Assembly: GCA_052055015.1 (NCBI GenBank)
Contig: JBQJIT010000071.1
DNA: 35,748 nt
Source: Malassezia furfur
Lineage: Eukaryota
Reading direction: 5' to 3' (one strand)
Shown one piece after another: positions 1 to 8,632 of the stretch; the first letter of the stretch is position 1; every line of letters starts with the position of its first letter. A program made the position numbers and the translations under genes. A model generated the notes under the pieces. It was not told the DNA's origin. It saw nothing but the letters and a program-made list of their open reading frames with translations, and did not search any database.

Positions 1-76
1 GGCTCGACGGCGCCGCGGCGGGCGCGCCCGCCGCGCGCCCGGCCTTCTTCGCACCCGCGCGCTTCGAAATCACCAT
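1..76 (-). CDS. 5' end of a gene running off the left edge, probably class I myosin (partial)
   Basis: ATG at 76 on the minus strand reads MVISKRAGAKKAGRAAGAPAAAPSS with no stop to the window edge. It resembles, from memory, the N-termini of smut/Malassezia Myo1. Only 25 codons are visible. Confidence 0.5.
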   Translation of the reverse strand, partial: MVISKRAGAKKAGRAAGAPAAAPSS

Positions 77-150
77 GGTGGCGGCTCGGTCATCGGGCCG
101 TGCATACGATGGAGGTGTGTAGCCGCCCGTGCGGCCGCACACGCTCCACC

Positions 151-908
151 ATGGCCAGCGCGCTGAAGACGGTAATTGTGCCGCCTGCGGGCGGCGGCTT
201 CCCGAGCGCAACCGTATTCCTCTTGCACGGCCTCGGCGATACAGCGAGTGGATGGATCGACGTTGCACGCATGCTCGGCCAGCAGCAGTCGCTGCAGCAC
301 GTACGCTTCGTGCTGCCGACCGCGCCGCTGCAGCCGGTGACGATCAACATGGGGATGAAGATGACCTCGTGGTTCGACAGTAGGTGCTCGACGCGCGGCG
401 CACGTTCACTCACACACCAGTCTACTCGCTGACTGACATTGAGCAGGCCGAGGACGAGGCGGGTCTCCTCAAGAGCACCGAACTGATCCGCGGCCTCGTG
501 CAGAAGGAGGTCGACGGCTCTGCCGAGGGCCTCAACGGGCACGGCGTGCCGAGCAACCGCATCGTTGTTGCTGGTTTCTCACAGGGCGGAGCCATTTCGC
601 TCCTCACGGGCCTCACGGCGCCCGCGCCGATCGCGGGCGTCGCGGCGCTTTCGACGTGGCTGCCGCTGCGCAACCGCATCGACCAACTGCGCACCAACAC
701 CACGCCCTTCCCCGTGTTTGAGGCGCACGGCACCGCGGACCAGATCGTCGACTTTGCTTTCGGCAAGGCGACGTACGAGGGGCTGCGCGACAAGCTGGGC
801 TTCGGCAAGCTCGTCGAGTTCCACGAGTACAAGGGCATGATGCACTCGGCGTGCCCGCAAGAGATCCACGACCTCGGCCAGTGGCTCGAGCGTGTGGTGC
901 CGATCTAG
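151..908 (+). CDS. Acyl-protein thioesterase 1 / lysophospholipase (alpha/beta hydrolase); exons 151-379, 421-908
   Basis: Motifs LHGLGD, VLPTAP, GFSQGG (nucleophile), HGTADQIV and MMHS. Removing the 41-nt intron 380-420 (GTAGGT...CTCAC...CAG) restores SWFDIYSL. Confidence 0.93.
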
Positions 909-940
909 TGTGCATAGGTCCACAGTCTATGTACATACGG

Positions 941-3900
941 TTACAGCGGGAACGTTGACGACATCCCAAACGTCGGCGAGGACGCACGGGTCGCGCCCGG
1001 CGTCAGCGACGTGCGCATGTTCATGCTGAACGACGGCGGCATGCGGAAAAAGTCGGCATCGCGCGACGGGTCGGCGGGCGTGTTGCCCATGGTGTTGGTG
1101 CCGCCGCCGCCGTATCCGGTCGGCAGCAGCGACGACCAGAAGCTGTTGTCCAGCACGCGGTTCACATCCACGCCCTGTGCCTTGGCGTACTGGATTGCGT
1201 CCCAGCCAAGCATGCTCGACAGCCCCTCGCCGGGGATGTCGGCGTTCTCGGCAGGCTTGGGGTGCGCATGCGGATCCTGCGCGGGGTACGCATCCATGTG
1301 CATCGGCAGCCCCGGGCCCATGGTGCCTGCGTGCAGCTCGCCGAGGTCCGAGCCCGGCTTGGGGTGCAGGTCACTCGCTGCAAGGCTCGCCGCGATCGGA
1401 TTCACCTGCGTCGGGTTGACCGTCATCTCGGCACGCCCGAGGTGTGCGTCGGGCGCACCGGCACCGGCACCGGCGCCACTCGCGCCGTCCGCCGAACTGT
1501 GGGCGTTCATAATCTCGCGCACACGTGCGAGCCGCGCCTCGGTGCCACTGTCGGCCATGTGTGTACTGTGAGGCGCCCCACGCGCCGCGTCAGCGTGCGT
1601 GTCGTCCTCGGCGTGGTCCCCGTCGGGTGCGCCGCTGCGTGCGGGCGCGTCGTGGCGCGACTGCACCAGACTGCGGAGGAAGGAGGCATAGAGCGCCGGG
1701 GTATGTGTCCGGTCGACGGCCGCTTCTTCAAGCACCTCGATCGTGTAGTTGATCAGCGCAATCACCTCCTCTTCGTTGATGTAGTTGGCAAATGTCGGGC
1801 GGATCAGCTTCAGCAAAAAGACACACGCATAGGCCACCACGACAAACGTCGGGTCCGGCGCATACCGCAGAATCTCGCGCATACCATACTTGACCGTGGC
1901 AATGATCTCCTTCGCCGCGTGCACACACCGCACGAGGTACAGCGGCTTGTCCACCGATGCTCCGTCCGACGGCCGCTCCAAAGCGTACTGCAGCCCGAAC
2001 GAGTTGAGCACCAGCACCGCGTAGTTGTACCGCAGCGGCGCCTGGCGCGCGATGTAGTAGATCGAGCGCGTGATCATGTCCGCGTCGTCACCGGGCGGGC
2101 CGGACTCGTGCAGCGCCAGAAGCGCCGACACACGGATTTTTTCCGCCATGCCCGTGCCCGTCATGTTCATCAGCTCCTGCGGCATGGTCTCGAACATCGA
2201 CATGGCCGAGTCGGCCTGTGTGCCGTCGCCCTTGCGCGCGCCGTCGGGCGCCGTGCGCGCGGACGTGTCCGAGGGGCCCGCCGCACCGCGCGTCGCATCG
2301 CCCGACGCGCCCGGCGCCGCATCCGCCGAGCTCTGGCCCTGGTCCGAACGGTCCATCACAATCGGTCGCCACTGCCGTGTCATGGAGTCGAGGCCGAGGC
2401 GGTACCAGAACTGCATCGTCTCGTTCAGCTGCTCGTTGAACGACGGGAGGATGGCGGGGTAGTCCATGTCGAGGTTCAGCCCCGAGGGCGTGACGGTCGA
2501 CGAGTACAAAAAGTCGAGCTGCCGCGTCTGCACCCGGAGCAGGTCGACCAGGGCACAGATGCCCAGGTCCCACGGCCGGCTGTAGCGCTGCATGCACCAG
2601 TCTGCGGCGTGGCGGATGATCCAGTCCTCGCGGATGCTGTATGGCTTGCCCATCTGCGCACTCAGCGTGCGGTCCACACAGAAGCAGATGTACCAAGTGC
2701 GTTCCCGGTTGAGGATCTCGCGCACCTCGTCCTCGCTCGGGTTGCTGGGCAGCGTGCACTTGCGGTGCAGGTTGAGGTCCTGCGCCATGCGGATCGCCAC
2801 GCCGGCAAACAGCCACGTACGGTCCTCCTCGTAGCGCTCTGTGGGCTGATTGTACAGCGTGAGCAGCAAAAAGCCCTGCACGATCTCGGGCGATTTGCTT
2901 CCGCGGCTCATCACTTCAAACGCCATCTTGATCGCCTTGCGCAAACACTGCACGTACAGGTCAGGGCGCTGCATGTAGAACTTGGACGCCACTGAACACA
3001 CACACGTGAACAAAAACGGCGAGCGCGAGCACACCAGCGTCGGCGTGTGCCACTCGGGGTCGAGCAGGAACAAGTGCAGCGAGCAATGATGGAAGAAGAT
3101 GCGGAACAGCTCCAAAGCCTCCTCCGAATTGATGATGCCATCGGTGAGCAGCTCGGGAGGGTGCGCTGACTCAGATTCAGCCGGCCGCGCCGACGCACTC
3201 GACTTCATGCTCGTGTGGAAGTAGGTCTCGTTTGCAAGTCCAAACTGCTTGTCCACACCCGCGCTGCCCTCGCACGCCTGCGCACCGCCGCCGCGCTCCG
3301 TGTGCGTGCTGGGCGGTGTCGGGCCTGCCGACGACGACGTGTCTGTCTCTGCGTCGGCGCGGGCCACTGACGGCGACTTGTCGGTAGTGCGCTGTCGCTG
3401 CCAGTTCTGCAGACTCGCTTCGGCCAGCAGGCCAAGCGGATTGAGCGTGTTGTCCGGCAGGCAGTTGGTGCGCGCCGAGTCGGTCTCGTTGAACGACGTC
3501 TGCTGCGCCGCCGTCGGCATGCGCGAGAAACCCTTCTTCATGACGTTTTGCAGAAGCTGCTTCAGGAACGCATCGTCTTTCGAGTCCATCAGGCGCTCGC
3601 GTGTTGTCTCGTCCATCAGACCCACGTTCTGCATAAAGTTGATCGCCGTCTCGGCAAGCATGCGCATCGACTTCGGGTTCGTGTCTAACCCTTCACCTGC
3701 AACAAGGCGCTGCAGCCGCGCCGCAAACGAGTCAGGGTCCGGCGATGCACTCTGCCGCTGCTGCGCATCCTGCACAGGCGACGACGAGGACGCATTGCGC
3801 GCACGCTCCTCGGGGCCAAACACCATTGGCGACGCCGTCGTGGTGCTCGATCCGCTCGACGCAAGCTGCTGGTTCGGCTGGTTCTCGTTCATGTTCTGAA

Positions 3901-4465
3901 TCACGCTGAACAGCACATTCTCCATCTTCTTGAACGCCTGCTGCATCGCAGCCGTCTTGCGTCGCTTCTCTGATTTGCGCCCACGGTGGCTTTCCAAAAA
4001 GATGCACTCGTGGCCACTGCGCGCACATCGCAGACACGGGCCGCCTTTTTCGGCACCCTCACACTTCATTTTGAGACGGTGGCAGTTGGTACAGGCACGC
4101 GCGCCACGCGTCGACTTCTGCTTGGACGGTTCGCGGCCGTTGGCAGACTCGGAGCCGCCACTGATCGAGTCGGTCCGCCGCTTCACAGGGCGGTTCGAAC
4201 CGGAGGCCTCAGCCTCTGTATACGTCGATCCATACATACTCCCGCCCATATCGCTGCGCGACTCGGCCATTTCATTGTCTGCGCCGAAATCGGACGAGGC
4301 AGAAGGCATGCGCATCGGCTCGGACGGGCGCACTGCACCGTCCTCGCGTGCAAAGCCGCCAGGCTGCGTCTCGAACGAGGATGGCGCAATTGCAAATGGC
4401 GTGTCTTGGCTCATCTCACCGGGATCGTAGCTCGAGGACGGCTGGCTTAAACCGTCGTAGAACAT
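941..4465 (-). CDS. Zn(II)2Cys6 fungal transcription factor with fungal TF middle homology region, PriB-like
   Basis: CTNCHRLKMKCEGAEKGGPCLRCARSGHEC cluster; GVAIRMAQDLNLH and RERTWYICFCVDR motifs. First ATG is at 4465 (the ORF track starts at a TTG). A short upstream exon is possible. Confidence 0.9.
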   Translation of the reverse strand: MFYDGLSQPSSSYDPGEMSQDTPFAIAPSSFETQPGGFAREDGAVRPSEPMRMPSASSDFGADNEMAESRSDMGGSMYGSTYTEAEASGSNRPVKRRTDSISGGSESANGREPSKQKSTRGARACTNCHRLKMKCEGAEKGGPCLRCARSGHECIFLESHRGRKSEKRRKTAAMQQAFKKMENVLFSVIQNMNENQPNQQLASSGSSTTTASPMVFGPEERARNASSSSPVQDAQQRQSASPDPDSFAARLQRLVAGEGLDTNPKSMRMLAETAINFMQNVGLMDETTRERLMDSKDDAFLKQLLQNVMKKGFSRMPTAAQQTSFNETDSARTNCLPDNTLNPLGLLAEASLQNWQRQRTTDKSPSVARADAETDTSSSAGPTPPSTHTERGGGAQACEGSAGVDKQFGLANETYFHTSMKSSASARPAESESAHPPELLTDGIINSEEALELFRIFFHHCSLHLFLLDPEWHTPTLVCSRSPFLFTCVCSVASKFYMQRPDLYVQCLRKAIKMAFEVMSRGSKSPEIVQGFLLLTLYNQPTERYEEDRTWLFAGVAIRMAQDLNLHRKCTLPSNPSEDEVREILNRERTWYICFCVDRTLSAQMGKPYSIREDWIIRHAADWCMQRYSRPWDLGICALVDLLRVQTRQLDFLYSSTVTPSGLNLDMDYPAILPSFNEQLNETMQFWYRLGLDSMTRQWRPIVMDRSDQGQSSADAAPGASGDATRGAAGPSDTSARTAPDGARKGDGTQADSAMSMFETMPQELMNMTGTGMAEKIRVSALLALHESGPPGDDADMITRSIYYIARQAPLRYNYAVLVLNSFGLQYALERPSDGASVDKPLYLVRCVHAAKEIIATVKYGMREILRYAPDPTFVVVAYACVFLLKLIRPTFANYINEEEVIALINYTIEVLEEAAVDRTHTPALYASFLRSLVQSRHDAPARSGAPDGDHAEDDTHADAARGAPHSTHMADSGTEARLARVREIMNAHSSADGASGAGAGAGAPDAHLGRAEMTVNPTQVNPIAASLAASDLHPKPGSDLGELHAGTMGPGLPMHMDAYPAQDPHAHPKPAENADIPGEGLSSMLGWDAIQYAKAQGVDVNRVLDNSFWSSLLPTGYGGGGTNTMGNTPADPSRDADFFRMPPSFSMNMRTSLTPGATRASSPTFGMSSTFPL

Positions 4466-5123
4466 CACCAACCTAATACGTCGATTGCACGCTCAAGGTT
4501 TCCCTAATACGGATCGTTCAAGTCGGTTGGATTTACGATTTGTGGTGATAAAGCCGTAATGAGAGGCCACACGAATGAACGGATGGCGACTCTTTGGATG
4601 GAAGGAAAGGCAGCGAGCCTTGCGTTCGTGTGTTCCTCGCAAGGGTGCTCTGGGGAAGTTCAGTCTGACTGGTTCCTTTGATGCCGCTGAATTACTCACG
4701 CTGCCTTACTCCACGAGGTAAGCAACATACGGCGCAATGTGATTGGTCCGTAGCGTGTGCGCTGCCCAAGCCTGTTTGCCAAGCAGTAAGGCCCAGTGCG
4801 CTGCTGCGCGCGCGCTGTCCGCCTACCGCCGGTGCACAAGTCCAGCGTGTTATGGCGTACAGGATCGTCGCGCGCATCCCGTCGACGTCCAAACCTGGGA
4901 CCCGTGCACCAACTCCTTGTTCACAACGCACGCTGCATGATCAGCAACCTATTTACGCCACAGAGCATGCTCATAGCACACAAATAACCATGCGATCGCG
5001 CTCTCAAGCATGGTTCCTTCTACACCGCGCTACATGCATCGAGTCGGACTCGTTCGCGTGTGCAGAGGGAGCGAAATACAAGGATCATTTTTGGGAAGTC
5101 CACAGAACAGGAAAAGAATGCAC

Positions 5124-5507
5124 TTAGTGCTGCTTCGCCTGCTGGGCCTTGATGACGTTCTTCACAATCTTGGACTCCTCAACCAGGAAGGAGCGGATCA
5201 CACTGGGTATGAGTATCGCCGCACATAATTTTTTTTGTACGTACCGAGTGCGAACGCAGTTGGCGCAGCGGCTGCCACCGTACGCGCGCTGCACGGTCTT
5301 CTCGCGCTTCGAGAGCGTCGCGTAGGCACGGGGGCGCATGGCCTTCACACCGGGGAGGGCGACGTGGCAGTCACCGCACTTGGGCGCGGTCGGCAGCTTC
5401 GTGAGGTGAAGGTAGCGCAGCTTGCCGCTGGGGGTCTTGACGACCCGTCGGCGGTTCGACTTGGTGTTGTAGGGGTTACGCGTGCGCAGAGTGAGCCGCT
5501 GAGCCAT
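5124..5507 (-). CDS. RPL34: 60S ribosomal protein L34 (eL34); exons 5507-5245, 5202-5124
   Basis: MAQRLTLRTRNPYNTKSN, PKCGDC, RAYGGSRCANCVR. The 42-nt intron 5203-5244 (GTACGT...CTCAT...CAG) gives CVRTRVIRSFLVEE. Confidence 0.96.
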   Translation of the reverse strand: MAQRLTLRTRNPYNTKSNRRRVVKTPSGKLRYLHLTKLPTAPKCGDCHVALPGVKAMRPRAYATLSKREKTVQRAYGGSRCANCVRTRYVQKKLCAAILIPSVIRSFLVEESKIVKNVIKAQQAKQH

Positions 5508-5599
5508 CTGTTATGGTTAGCATCTGATACATCATGGCCTTGCCGCGTCATCCGCACGTCATGGATGGCGACGCAGCAGCAAGACCTGCGCGGACATAC
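5508..5599 (-). other. Probable 92-nt 5'UTR intron of RPL34 ending immediately before the ATG
   Basis: Minus strand reads AAG|GTATGT ... GCTAAC cataaCAG|ATG: canonical donor, branch point and acceptor. Confidence 0.7.
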
Positions 5600-5772
5600 C
5601 TTGGTATACAGCCACGGGTGTGAGCGTAGAGGAGAACCACGACGGCACAAGACACCCGCGAAGCCGCTTTCCTGCATATCACGTGCATACTATAGTTTTA
5701 GGTTTAGTCAGCATGGACTGGCCACGCGACATGGCCGCGGCCTGTGCACATCCCTTCTGGACGGTCGGTGCG

Positions 5773-6609
5773 ATGCATATTGGGGGCACGCGAAGCCTGC
5801 TGGCGACAATCCAGTCCCATGTGCGCTTCATGCCGAGGGCACCTAACGGTGCGCTCATGGTGGTTGCGCGCGGGGCACACACGCGCACGGAGCCCGTAAA
5901 GGTGCCCGCGTCTGTCAAGGTCTCGGTGCTTGACTTTCCGCCGCAGCCGAGGCCGACGCGTCCTTTGTCTGGCCTGATGCGCAAGGCCAAGACGATGGTG
6001 TTCGCCGGGCCAAATGGTGAGGTCATTGTACCGCTCCACTACTTTATGCAAGTCAAGTGGAAGGAAGACGAAGAGACCAAGGACCGCTCGGTCGCGTTCG
6101 GCATCGAGAACGAAGCGATCAAGGTGCAGCGTGGCGTGTGGGGCCTGACGCGCGCGCTGTGCGCAAATGCGGTCAAGGGCGTCACGGAGGGCCACGAGGT
6201 GCGATTGCGTCTCGTCGGCGTTGGATACCGTGCGAGCGTAGAGAAGGACCCCATGCCGCGGAAGCATCCGCTGTATGTGGAATTGGAGCGCTCGCGGGGG
6301 CACTGGTATGCGGCCGAGCAGAAGCAGACCGAAATTGATCGCGCCGCGCGCCTCGTTGCGGCGTCTGGCCCGACTGAGCGTCTTCACCTGCGGCTGGGAT
6401 ACTCGCACCCCGTGCTTCTCCCGATTCCGTATGGAATCAAGGCCACTACGCCGAACCCGACCACCATCATTCTGACAAGCGCGAACAAGGAGCTGCTGGG
6501 TCAGTTTGCACAGGAAATCCGCCACTACCGGAAGCCAGAGCCCTACAAGGGCAAGGGCATCTTCATCAACGATGAGCAGATCAAGCTCAAGACGCCCAAG
6601 AAGAAGTAA
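5773..6609 (+). CDS. MRPL6: Mitochondrial large-subunit ribosomal protein uL6m
   Basis: GVWGLTRAL, LRLVGVGYRA, LGYSHP, RKPEPYKGKGI motifs. The start is uncertain (ATGs at 5713, 5731, 5773, 5830); from 5773 the N-terminus is acid-free and R/A/L-rich like a mitochondrial presequence. Confidence 0.9.
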   Translation: MHIGGTRSLLATIQSHVRFMPRAPNGALMVVARGAHTRTEPVKVPASVKVSVLDFPPQPRPTRPLSGLMRKAKTMVFAGPNGEVIVPLHYFMQVKWKEDEETKDRSVAFGIENEAIKVQRGVWGLTRALCANAVKGVTEGHEVRLRLVGVGYRASVEKDPMPRKHPLYVELERSRGHWYAAEQKQTEIDRAARLVAASGPTERLHLRLGYSHPVLLPIPYGIKATTPNPTTIILTSANKELLGQFAQEIRHYRKPEPYKGKGIFINDEQIKLKTPKKK

Positions 6610-6671
6610 CATAGTCGTTCCGCAGCATACCAATTTCCGTGCGGAATGGGAATCGTATACGTTGTATCATG

Positions 6672-8537
6672 CTATTCAGTTGTTGCCCGCGCCTTGCCCT
6701 TCTCTTCGGTAACGCGTAGGGCTTGCTGGATCCGCGCAATGGTCTGCTGCAAGCTCACTTGGGTCTCTTGCAGAAGGTGCAATTGCTCACGCAGTTGGGT
6801 ATCAATGGCAGGGGGTTCGGCACCATAGGCTGCATCCAGACCTGGCGCGGACGCAGAAGTCGGCATCGGTGCAAGATCCAGCAGATCCGCAGGATCAAAC
6901 GCGGGCACAGACGCCAGGGGTACAGGCGCAGGCGCCGGCATCGTTTCAGGAGCGGCGAGATCGAGGCCCGGTTTGGGTGCCGGAGCCTCGACGGAAGATA
7001 GGGTGGCCGACGCAAAGCGTGCCAACGCCGCGCGGCGTACTGCTTCCCGCGGGTCGTCAGCAGGTGTCTCGCCCGCAGATGTCTCATCGTTCTCGGCCGG
7101 TTTTGCTTCAAGCGTTGTCGCTGTCGCTGCCGACGAGCTGCTCTGCGCGGACCGGTCATGTGCACCTGGCGTCCCCGGATCGCCCACAAGCCGGGGGTTC
7201 AAGCGTGGATTGTCCAGCAGCGCACGTGCTGCTTCGCTGGGCGAGCGCGGCTGGCCGGAAGCTGCACCCCCCGTTGTGCCAGCGTCTGCGCTAGGGGTTG
7301 GCACGGCCGTCCCAAAACGTGCCAAAAGCGCGTGCAAAGACGCCTGCGGCCGCGCAGGCTGCTGATCTGCGTGTGCATCACGCTCGGGTCCATTGCGAGG
7401 CGCGGCACGTGCTTCAGTCGTGAGAGCAGGCGCGTTCGCCGGCTCCAGCACGCTCCTGCGGCATGTGGGGCAGCTCTGCTGCCGCTCAAGCCACGAGTGC
7501 AGGCATCGGAAATGGAAGACGTGACCACAGGCGAGTTTTCTGGGCGTGTTGTTGTCGGAGCGCTCGTTGGGCGACACGACAAGCTCCTCGCGGCAGATGA
7601 TGCACGTTGGGTCCTGGAGCGCTTGTAGCTCCTCGTTGGTAAGGCGCGGGTATCGGCTCTCCATGTCTCGCGTCGCGGCGCGCGAGCGCAGCAACTTGCG
7701 CACGTTGTCGAACAGACTGTACCCCAGCACCAAGAAATCGCGCAGCGCGCTGAACGGCGGGAAGAAGGTCACCATGTTGGCATTGTTGTAGATGTACAGT
7801 CCATAGCACACCGGGTAGGTGAGGAACATCAGCAGGTTGGACACCAGCTTGATGACAAAGAGGTAGCGGCTCTTAGCGTGCCACGGTTCTTCCAAGCCAA
7901 GCTCGTAGCATTCACACGCGTACGCGCCACTGAGTGCCGCCCATTCGACCAGCTGGATGATGGAGGCAGACGCCATGTACACCATAAAGCCACCCGGCCC
8001 CGGGTGCTGCAGGCTGATAGCCACCGTCAACAGGACCAGCACTGAATCAAACGTGCCAAGCCACGACAAGAGTGCGATCATACGTAGGTGAAAGCTGCGT
8101 GGAAGTGCGGCCACCTGTCCCATCTGGTCAATTCGGACGTCGCACAGGATGTGGAAGATTTGGAAGAACTTGAGCACAGACGCGGTCAGCACGAAGCGCA
8201 GGTCAAAGTCGATGGGAAACGAGGTGAGCGTGAAGAACATGTTGAACATCGAGTACCACAACAGCTCAATAAACTTCTCCTCCTCACTGCGTCGCAGCGT
8301 GCCGAACAAAACCAACTGCACGATCCGGCCAGAGAGGAGGAGCACGTAGGCCGCAAAGTTGCATAGCACCAAGAAGCAACCGTTGCTATTGGTGAGCCAC
8401 GCAGCAGCGGCGAGGTAGTCGGGCTGCTCAAGACCGGCCTTTAGAAGCACGGCACCGAGCGCGACCGTGCTCGCCAATCCGTACGTGGCCAGCACCGGCG
8501 TGCGCACCAGGGCGGACGCGCGGACCGCCATCGACAT
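6672..8537 (-). CDS. HRD1: ERAD E3 ubiquitin ligase HRD1/synoviolin-like
   Basis: Multi-TM N-terminus (LFGTLR, FHILCDVRIDQM) followed by RING-H2 CIICREEL...KLACGHVFHFRCLHSWLERQQSCPTCR. Start could be 8531, 8537 or 8567. Confidence 0.88.
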   Translation of the reverse strand: MSMAVRASALVRTPVLATYGLASTVALGAVLLKAGLEQPDYLAAAAWLTNSNGCFLVLCNFAAYVLLLSGRIVQLVLFGTLRRSEEEKFIELLWYSMFNMFFTLTSFPIDFDLRFVLTASVLKFFQIFHILCDVRIDQMGQVAALPRSFHLRMIALLSWLGTFDSVLVLLTVAISLQHPGPGGFMVYMASASIIQLVEWAALSGAYACECYELGLEEPWHAKSRYLFVIKLVSNLLMFLTYPVCYGLYIYNNANMVTFFPPFSALRDFLVLGYSLFDNVRKLLRSRAATRDMESRYPRLTNEELQALQDPTCIICREELVVSPNERSDNNTPRKLACGHVFHFRCLHSWLERQQSCPTCRRSVLEPANAPALTTEARAAPRNGPERDAHADQQPARPQASLHALLARFGTAVPTPSADAGTTGGAASGQPRSPSEAARALLDNPRLNPRLVGDPGTPGAHDRSAQSSSSAATATTLEAKPAENDETSAGETPADDPREAVRRAALARFASATLSSVEAPAPKPGLDLAAPETMPAPAPVPLASVPAFDPADLLDLAPMPTSASAPGLDAAYGAEPPAIDTQLREQLHLLQETQVSLQQTIARIQQALRVTEEKGKARATTE

Positions 8538-8632
8538 CGTCACGAGGGGACACGGTGTCTCGTGCATCACTTAATTCCTCGCATCCCCACGCCCGCCCGC
8601 TCCTCCACCGCTACCCGCGAGGCAGTCGGGAG

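Noticed and set aside
1454..1475. Short GCACCG repeats, and GAG/GAC-rich runs near 31180-31340 and 21890-21940
   Set aside because: Coding low-complexity tracts (Gly-Ala, Asp/Glu), not a CRISPR array or mobile repeat.
1262..2995. 577-aa plus-strand ORF, and similar long ORFs at 12610-13971, 27969-29315 and 30721-32196
   Set aside because: All are antisense to well-supported genes and have the R/V/H/L-rich composition typical of high-GC shadow frames.
4540..4670. U3 or box C/D snoRNA, suggested by CAGTCTGAC near 4661-4669
   Set aside because: No RTGATGA box C or recognisable U3 boxes A/B upstream.
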